Shown here: in pieces, positions 55,415 through 64,000 of the stretch
Position numbering within the stretch: the stretch's first letter is position 1
Layout of the letters: each line of letters begins with the position of its first letter
NCBI GenBank assembly: GCA_963514005.1
Contig: OY740809.1
Span: 32,488,001 to 32,552,000, forward strand
DNA length: 64,000 nucleotides
DNA from: Raja brachyura
Taxonomy: Eukaryota
Reading direction: 5' to 3'
Made by a program: the position numbers and the translations under genes
Notes under the pieces: model-generated
Databases searched by the model: none
Told to the model about the DNA's origin: nothing
The model's input: the letters and a program-made list of their open reading frames with translations, nothing else

Positions 55415-56420
55415 AAAAATTCCCTTCGGCAGGAAGGATGCTTCCCAAAGGCGATTTAACCCAAGGCCTTCAGGGATGATGTACAACCACTGTGTATTAA
55501 CACAATGACAGGATGTGCCCCTATTCTGTCTTTATTTGTAGATGTTTGTTGTATTTGTGACAAACGTGGATGAACTGCTGGTGTCCTTTTCAACAGGTTT
55601 TGTGGGATGAATTTCTAAGGCCTCATCCAGCTAAAACACCCAAGTTTCAAATGTAGCAAAACCAGATTCACAGGCACAAAATTTGTTCCAAGTAAAATAA
55701 CCAGAGAAGGGTCTCGACCCGAAACGTCACCCATTCCTTCTCTCCAGAGATGCTGCCTGTCCCGCTGAGTTACGCCAGAATTTGTGTATCTTCGAAAACA
55801 ACCAGAGCATTTGGTTTCCCCCCCCAAAAAAGTGTAAGGGTGTTAGTCTGGCGATGATGACAAACTTGCCCTCACTGAGAACAGTGTTCAATAATGAAAA
55901 CTCTGTACTCGAACCTGAGCCAGACTAAATATCTTGCTGATAAAGTCTCGAATCCATTATTATTACCCTTGTTAACACTTCACTAGGAATGTTCTCTTTG
56001 TTGGGGATGAGTTGGAAGTGGATGGTAGTTAACGGCGGGAAGGAGAGATAGAATTGATCGGCATTTCAAAAATTTGGGAAAGCAAAATGTTTTATATAGA
56101 CACTGGAAACTTGTTAGTTTATTTAATTTAAATTTATGAAACTTGAGGGATTCAGGGATTTCCTTATTCAATATCAGTCCTCTTTAAAAAGCCTGTAAAT
56201 ACCTCGAATTCTGTCATTTAACTGCAAAATACTCAGTGGTTAACAAAGACACAAGAGATAACATGTACTAGAATCCTTGGCAAACAATGCTGGAGGAATC
56301 CAGCGAAGCCGGCAGCATCTGGGGAGGAAATAGACGAGTGTTTTTTTGGGCAGAGACCCTTCCCGCTGATTTCAGACCAGTCTGAAGAAGGATCTCGATC
56401 TGTTGCCTGTCCGTTCCCTC
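55415..56420 (+). repeat. Intragenic duplication sharing sequence with intron 9 (about 48459-49459), located in intron 12
   Basis: Collinear near-identical sequence from AAAAATTCCCTT to TTCCCTC; bracketed by a 20-bp direct repeat (55309-55328 / 56442-56461). Confidence 0.92.
55847..55924 (+). ncRNA. SNORD103: C/D box snoRNA, SNORD103/SNORD85 family, copy in intron 12
   Basis: One substitution versus the intron 8/9 copies; C box 55854-60, D box 55915-18, 10-bp terminal stem. Confidence 0.88.
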
Positions 56421-56450
56421 GGAAATAGACGGTGGCATTTTGGGTACTTG

Positions 56451-57890
56451 CAGTGCCCTCCATAATGTTTGGGACAAAGACCCACCATTTATTTATTTGC
56501 CTCTGTACTCCACAATTTTAGATTGTAATAGGAAAAAAAAATCACATCTGGTTAAAGTGCACATTGTCAGATTTTAATAAAGGCCATTTTTATACATTTT
56601 GGTTTCACCATGTAGAAATTACAGCTGCGTTTATACATAATCCCGCCCCCCCATATTAACGTTTGGGACACAGCAATGTAATGTAAATTAAAGTAGTCAT
56701 GTTTAGTATTTTGTTGCCTATCCTTTGCATGCAATGACTACTTGAAGTCTGCGATTCATGGACATCACCAGTTGCTGGGTGTTTTCTCTGGTGATGCTCT
56801 GCCAGGCCTGTATTTCAGCCATCTTCAGCTTATGCTTGTTTTGGGGGCTAGTCCCCTTCAATTTTCTCTTCGGCATATAAAAGGCATGCTCAATTGGGTT
56901 CAGATCGGATGATTGACTTGGCCACTCAAGAATTGATCATTTTTTTTAGCTTTGAAAAACTCCTTTGTTGCTTTAGCAGTATGTTTGGGATCATTGTCTT
57001 GCTGTAGAATGAACCGCCGGCCAATGAGTTTTGAGGCATTTGTTTGAACTTGAGCAAATGGGATGGGTCTATACACTTCAGAATTCATTATGCTACGACC
57101 ATCAGCAGTTGTATCATCAATGAAAAAAATGTGCCAGTACCTTCAGCAGCCATACATGCCCAGGCCATAACACCCCCACCAACATGTTTGACAGATGAGG
57201 TGGTATGCTTTAGATCTTGGGCAGTTCCTTCTCTCCTCCATACTTTCCTCTTTCCATCATTCTGACATAAGTTAATCTTCGTCTCATCGATCCACGAGAA
57301 CTTTTCCCAGAACTGTGGTTGATCTTTTAAGTACTTCTTGGCAAATTGTAACCCGGCCATCCTATTTTTGCAGCTAACCAGTGGTTTGCATCTTGCAGTG
57401 TAGCCTCGGTATTTTTGTTCATGAAGTCTTATGATGACAGTGGTCATTGACAAATCCACACCTGACTCCTGAAGAGTGTTTCTGATCTGTCGGACAGGTG
57501 TTTGGAGATTTTTCTTTATTATAGAGAGAATTCTTCTGTCATCAGCTGTGGAGGTCTTCCTTGACCTGCCAGTCCCTTTGAGATTAGTAAGCTCACCAGT
57601 GCTCTTTCTTCTTAATGATGTTCCAAACAGTTGATTTTGGTAAGCCTGTCTCTTCTCAGTTTTATTCTTGTTTCTCAGTCTCATAATAACTTCTATGACT
57701 TTCATTGGCACAACTTTGGTCCTCATGTTGATAAACAGCAATACAAGTTTCCAAAGGTGATGGAAAGACTGGAGGAAAGACTAGGTGCTGAGAGCTCTCT
57801 TATACCTGCATTAAGGAGGCAATTAAACACACCTGAGCAATTACAAACACCTGTGAAGCCATGTGTCCCAAACATTATGGTGCCCTGCAA
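56451..57890 (-). mobile_element. Second copy of the same Tc1 family, inverted; one TIR truncated at a poly-G tract
   Basis: Starts CAGTGCCCTCCATAATGTTTGGGACAAAG; transposase remnants in ORFs 57088..57741 and 56900..57088 on the minus strand; outer part of the second TIR is missing after 57890. Confidence 0.92.
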
Positions 57891-58627
57891 TTTGGGGGGT
57901 GGGGGGGGGGGGGGGGGGGGGCCGACGATGTATAATGAGTCGTTGGCCCAAACCTTATGTAGCTTGGTGCAGACTTTTTGCTCTGGTTTAATTCAGTGCA
58001 ATCATTTCACACAACTTCTGAAGCACTATTTAAACTCCTTTCCATTCCTCCCCTTCCACCCAAGTGCCCGTGCATATTCTAACACTTGAGATCTACACTT
58101 CATTTTGAATTAGCTTGGGATAATTTTCCAAATTGGAGTTTCTGGTATTTTTTTCACTATCTCAGTGCCTATGACAATAATATGCCAATCCATGGTTGAC
58201 TGCCATCTGAAACATTAGGAAGGAAACTGGTCACTGCACCATCTGGCCAATGTGCCATTTAAACCATGTTGTGTTCTAAGCTCGAAATGGCCTCCGTGTT
58301 GGCAGGCCTCTGTAGTGACAGGGGATCTAGTATGTGAAGGCTGTCCAGAATGTCATGCAACTAAAAAACGTATTCAATATTGTGGGAATTTAATCAAAGC
58401 TAGTTTGCAATACAAATTATGTTTTTTATAAATGCGACATAACGTAATTACTGCATTTGAGAGGTAATTTAAATTATAATATAATTGTTCATGTCCTTGT
58501 GTCTAAAATGTTCAGTTAGAAGTTGGTTTAGTTTAGAGTGCTCTGTAACGTAATTGCCAATATGCAACGCTAACATGCTGATAAAGATTAGCTTTATTTT
58601 ACAGAGCACATTTTTTTACAATTTGTA

Positions 58628-58942
58628 GGGCTGCACAGCAGCTCGCTGGGCTCGCCCCTCTGCGCTGATGACCCAGGTTCGATCCTGATCTCAGGCGCTG
58701 TCATGCCTGTGTGGACGTTGCACGTTCTCCCTGTGACTGGGTTTCCTCTGGGTGCTCTGTTTCCTGTCGCATCGTAAAGATGTGGGTTTGGAAGCTAATT
58801 GGCCTGTATAAAATTTCCCCTTGTGTATAGGGAGTGGATGAGAAAGTGAGGTCACTTGGAACTAGAATGAACGGGTGATCGATTGTTGGCGTGGACTTGG
58901 TGGGTTGAAAGACCCGTTTCCATGCCGTATCTTTAAACTAAG
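58628..58942 (+). mobile_element. tRNA-derived SINE (HE1/V-SINE-like)
   Basis: B box GGTTCGATCC, central domain, tail TATCTTTAAACTAA. Confidence 0.75.
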
Positions 58943-59191
58943 TTTCTCCTCAAACATGTGGGATTGGTCATAACATAGTCATGAGAACACATTGCTTCAA
59001 GAGAGGCTGCTGTTTTGTCTGTTATCCCTGCCCTGCGACCCACCCCCCCCCCCCCCCCCCCCCCCCCGGCCATCCATGTTCCTGGGAAAGATGTTAACAA
59101 TTGGACAAAAGTTGGTGATCTTTCTCTTTCGTTGCAATCTCACTGTGCATCTTGTCTTTGTCACGTGGGTAAACATTGTGTGTTCCAACAG

Positions 59192-59485
59192 TTGCCGCCG
59201 CAGCAGCCTCAGCAAATGGTACAGCGAGTGGTTTAGCGGGAACATCCAATGGCTCCTTTCGCCCAATGAGCAACCAGCAGCAACAACAGCAACCACAGCA
59301 GCAACCCACCAACAGTTTGGCCTCAAACTCATTCTACGGTAACAATTCCCTGTCTAGCACTTCACAGAGCAACTCACTGTTCTCTCAGGGGTCTGGCCAG
59401 CCTGGCGGCACTTCCCTGGGCTTTGGAAGCACTAGTTCACTTGGGGCGACACTCGGATCTGCACTTGGAGGATTTGGATCAGCAG
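59192..59485 (+). CDS. PUM1: PUM1 exon 13 ([10 protein letters not shown]...[11 protein letters not shown])
   Basis: caacAG|TT...GCAG|GTACAT; 294 nt, phase 1-1. Confidence 0.95.
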
Positions 59486-60389
59486 GTACATTTAAATTGC
59501 AACAATACAATGCTTAAGTGCACAACTTCAGTGTAAAGATTTGTGCAAGCTGAGTTATCATGTTTCCCTGTCAGGCATGTGTCTTGCCTTTGAGTATTTA
59601 AGAATAAATGGTGGTCCGCCTCATAACTATTTGGAAACCAGGGTTTTGCTTTTTTTTAATCTGTCCAAAAGGTTCCACATTATAATTTTGTTCTTCAATA
59701 GCATATTTGATCTGAGGTAATAGCACATGCCTAACAGGTAACAATATGTTACATCACTCTTGTGTTGAGGTATCTTTAGCTTAATATCAATGCACTTTCA
59801 CATCTAAGCTCCTCTACAATATTATGCTATTGCATTCCTCGTGAACTACACAATTGCAATAGCCAGAATTTCCCACTCCCTCAATGAATGTTCTGGGCGT
59901 AATGTGTTTGCTGTGATATTACCTGGTAATTGCACTGCTGGGTGTTTTTAACTGTTTTAAGTGGGAATTTGGCATGTCTACCTTTGTGAATTGCTGAAAT
60001 CATAGTCAAAGTATTGGCTTTGCAAAATGTTAGCAGAATTGCTGAGAATCTGACCGATTGTTTTCCAAAAAAGCCCACTGTACCGCTCCAGTGTCTGTTG
60101 GACCATAATCGGTATGTATTGAGAGGGAAACCATGACGTTGGACGTGACTTTTGGCTTCATCTGCTAAATTGCCCATTTAATTATTATGAGATTCGTACA
60201 TTACAAGTTGTGTTTTGTGAATCCAGGTAAAATACTGTTTTTTAAATTATTTTTTTAAAGCATTAAGGTACATCAAAATGTAATTGTAAATGTAATAGTC
60301 GTAAATGTAATTGGAAAAGTCTTGTGATTTTTACTGTGCACAGGTTGATAATGTGAACCACTAAAATGAGCCTCTTTATTTCTGTTCAG

Positions 60390-60626
60390 TTGGCAGTTCC
60401 AACAACAGCAGTGGTTCAAGAAGAGATTCACTAACTGGTAGCTCTGATCTGTACAAGCGAACAACCAGCAGTCTTGCTCCCATTGGCCACAATTTTTACA
60501 ATGGATTGGGTTTCTCGTCTTCCCCTGGACCAGTAGGCATGCCTCTTCCAAACCAAGGCCCCAGCCACTCGCTAACACCACCGCCGTCTCTATCATCCCA
60601 CGGATCATCATCGAGCCTTAACCTGG
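60390..60626 (+). CDS. PUM1: PUM1 exon 14 ([24 protein letters not shown]...HGSSSSLNL)
   Basis: gttcAG|TT...CTGG|GTAAGA; 237 nt, phase 1-1; absent from the + strand ORF track but translates cleanly. Confidence 0.95.
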
Positions 60627-60879
60627 GTAAGAGGGGTGGGTAACTCTCAGTTAATTTTTCTTTCTCGTTATTCATTTCTCATTCTGCTTTTTATTTTTGA
60701 GTGACCTCTTGCAGGACTATTTTGGCGTGTGCTTTTTTTCTCTCCAAGATTTGGTATTTGGATTTGAGCGAAAGGCACAAATTTTGCCAAGAAATCCTGT
60801 GGGAATAATTGGAGTTACATCAACAATGGTTGGAGGAAAAAAAGTTTAGCTATTAAAGTTTAAGAATATGGGGTAGGCC

Positions 60880-61146
60880 ATTTAAATTTAGGGCTGAGAT
60901 GAGGAAAAACGTTTTCCCCGCAGAGAGTTGTGAATCTGGAATTATCTGCCATAGAAGGCAGTGGAGCCCATTTTACTGGATGTTTTCAAGAGAGAGTTAG
61001 ATATAGCTCTTGGGACTAACAGAATCAAGGGGTATGGGGAGAAAGCAGGAACTGGGTACTGATTTTGGATGATCAGCCATGATCTTATTGAATGGCGGTG
61101 CTGGCTCAAAGGGTCGAATGGCCGACTCCTGCACCTATTTTCTATG
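60880..61146 (+). mobile_element. CR1-type LINE 3' fragment
   Basis: Same 3' UTR as the other CR1 copies (GATCAGCCATGATC...CCTGCACCTATTTTCTATG). Confidence 0.85.
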
Positions 61147-61364
61147 TTGCTATTAATGTCTTCTATCCGCTGGCTATAATGTACTTCCTCTAGCACTTTG
61201 CGATTGTTTAATGTCCTCATTGTGGGCTGGGTCGTTTAAGGATAGTATTTCAATTAGCATATAAATTAATGTGTAGTAATTGTTTAAATATTGCTTGTCG
61301 TACAAGGTTACAGAGGTTCAGCTAAAATGCATTTGCAAAGCCTGCATAATTATGTGAGGCTTGA

Positions 61365-61553
61365 AGGGCCTGTCCCACTCACGCGACATGTCGCAGGCGT
61401 GAGGCCTACATGGTCGTGAGTAATCGCCCAAAGAGTCGTACCTTATTCTGGTCGCCGCTGGATTTTCAACATGGTGATAATTTTGGGCGACCTGCTTCAA
61501 CCACGGCGGGTATCGGCAGTCGCCAAAAGAATTGCGTGAGTGGGACAGGCCTT
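61365..61553. mobile_element. PIF/Harbinger-type MITE
   Basis: 20-bp TIR AGGGCCTGTCCCACTCACGC (19/20 match) with a 3-bp TGA duplication; CpG-rich, so probably young. Confidence 0.8.
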
Positions 61554-61942
61554 TGACATTCCCTAGGTCACCTCAGGGAAGACAAAAGGTGGAGCTTCAC
61601 ATTGAAAGCTTCCTTCATAATAATCAAGCGATTGCAATCTCTGAAGATTTTTATGTTTTTCTCTAACAAAACTAATGCATGGTACAGGTACCTTGAGTTT
61701 CTGCGTTTGATTTACATGTTTTTGAAATAGTGTGTTTTGTTCCTTTAATGCCAAAGCTTGATTTGCGTGCTACTATTTTTGGAATAATGTGCTCGGATTT
61801 ACTGCTGACAGCATAGTCCCGTATATGTTTAGTTTGCGCACTTTTTAAATTATTCGCTTTTTCAAGCACGTAACCCACGCTCAAACGCGTGAGGTGCCTA
61901 AACTAGTTGCCTCATTACGTGCTGGATAAATTCTAATCTTGA

Positions 61943-62263
<321 letters not shown>

Positions 62264-63309
62264 TGAAATTTAAACTGGTAATTTAGATAAGGGGGCGTGG
62301 GGACATTTGTACTTCCACGTGTATCAATTACGTATTTGTGTTACTATCCTAGTTACCTAATTGGTTAGCATAGTGTTCTAGCTATTTTAATTTGACCAAC
62401 GCCTAGATAACTAAGCCCACCTACATAACAATATTGAATCCCTGGAAAAGATGGCCACTGGCAGATTTAATGGTGTGTTATGTACAGTGCATTGTGGAAT
62501 AAATATTAGTTGCTTTGAAGCAGTTCGTCAAGCGTGGTAATATTGCTGTGCAAATGAAAGTGGGCAAAACGGGAATACAGTTCCAAAGGCTTGGATGTGC
62601 AATTGCTTTTTATCAAAGGAGTGTTGACGGCAACTCTTACATGGTTGAAGTTGTACACAGCCTTGTGGAAAAGTAGACGCTGTAACAGTTAGGCTGCCAT
62701 ATCGCAGCTGGTGTTGAAGAAAAGCAAATGAGAGGTGTATCATGATAGACAATAAGTGTATATTGTTACAAAATACTCGGGCAGAGTAAAATGGGTTTTG
62801 ATGTTGGGGGCCAGGGAAGGCAATGTTAATAGGAATGGTGCAATCAGAAATAGATAACGAAGACCATGTTTGGACAGAAGATTTTCCTCCGCAAAATATC
62901 TGTCTTACTATTTAGTCAACCTTTCCATGACCCATATTCAGTCTGGAATGGGTGCGTTGAAAAGTTGCTGCTTTATAAACTTTTTTGCATTTGTGGATCG
63001 TTTATTCAATAAACCACAATGGGTGCATCTCGAGAGAATAGACGTGGCTGTAAGTGCCTCCATGTTCCCCGCTGCTGCTTTGAGTTGATAAACCATACCA
63101 TCCTGGGACGCCCTTTCATGGAAAATCACTGATTTCTGATTTGGTCCTCTTGGGATTGGTAGGGCAATTGCTGGAAAATAGTAGGGATGATTTGCAGTTG
63201 GCCGCTATTGTGGGTGAGGGGCTTTCTCCCTTTCAAGAAGGCTGATTAGTTCACCAGTTTCAGAAACGGTCACCAGTTTCAGAAACAGTCAGCAATGCAC
63301 TCGGTGTAA

Positions 63310-63561
<252 letters not shown>

Positions 63562-64000
63562 TAATGGCTTTAATTTCAATTTGCTTTGCAGATTGAGTTT
63601 TTTTGTGATTATTCAATTTAATGAACAGACTTGATTTCAACTGTCCATCTCCAATCTTCAAAATGAGAAATATGCAGTTTTAACTTAATTCCTGTTGGCA
63701 TACCCCACTCACTGCATAACGTTGTAGGGTACCACTTGTTTCTTGTGGTCCTTGGAACATCCACGTATGAATTATTTTTCCAGTGGCAAAGATGCCAAGT
63801 ACTCAAATTATTTTTTCCTTTCTCAAGTTGGGGTGGGGAGGTTAAAATTGTGGTATGGCTGGTAAGACTGAGAGTCACTAGAATTTAGTACTTTCCTGAT
63901 TTAATAATCAATTTATAATTGTGCAGATCTTTCTTTAGTGCTGCTCAATATAAAACTAATCTGGATTGATTTCATTTTCTGAGCATATTTTTTAAAAATT

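Noticed and set aside
58992-59342. Alternative-frame and antisense ORFs over exon 13 (also 60273..60611 over exon 14)
   Set aside because: Stop-poor shadows of low-complexity coding exons and a poly-C tract.
63251-63286. Short direct repeats (also about 55148-55183) as an array or CRISPR-like structure
   Set aside because: Only two units each; ordinary local tandem duplications in a eukaryotic intron.

Overview
Eukaryotic genomic DNA, most likely from a cartilaginous fish (skate/ray-like repeat landscape; inferred). The whole window lies inside one + strand gene, Pumilio homolog 1 (PUM1). I traced 14 consecutive coding exons (human-equivalent exons 3-16; 2370 nt, 790 codons, all splice phases compatible), running from [11 protein letters not shown] to the first PUF repeats. 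Exons 1-2 lie upstream and the rest of the PUM-HD lies downstream. Four introns each host one SNORD103/SNORD85-family C/D snoRNA (18S rRNA guide). Three of these copies sit in recent 1-1.5 kb intron-to-intron duplications with readable template-switch junctions; one duplicate copied the exon-10 splice acceptor and carries it inactivated (TAG to ATG). The introns also contain many Penelope-derived short repeats with minimal hammerhead-ribozyme cores and fold-back arrangements, two inverted Tc1 relics bracketing exons 8-12, CR1 fragments, tRNA-derived SINEs and MITEs. Splicing oddities include a GC-AG intron, tandem/recursive-like acceptors at exon 9, and a recurrent ACGTG motif upstream of several acceptors. 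Nearly all ORFs in the supplied track are spurious or transposon remnants.
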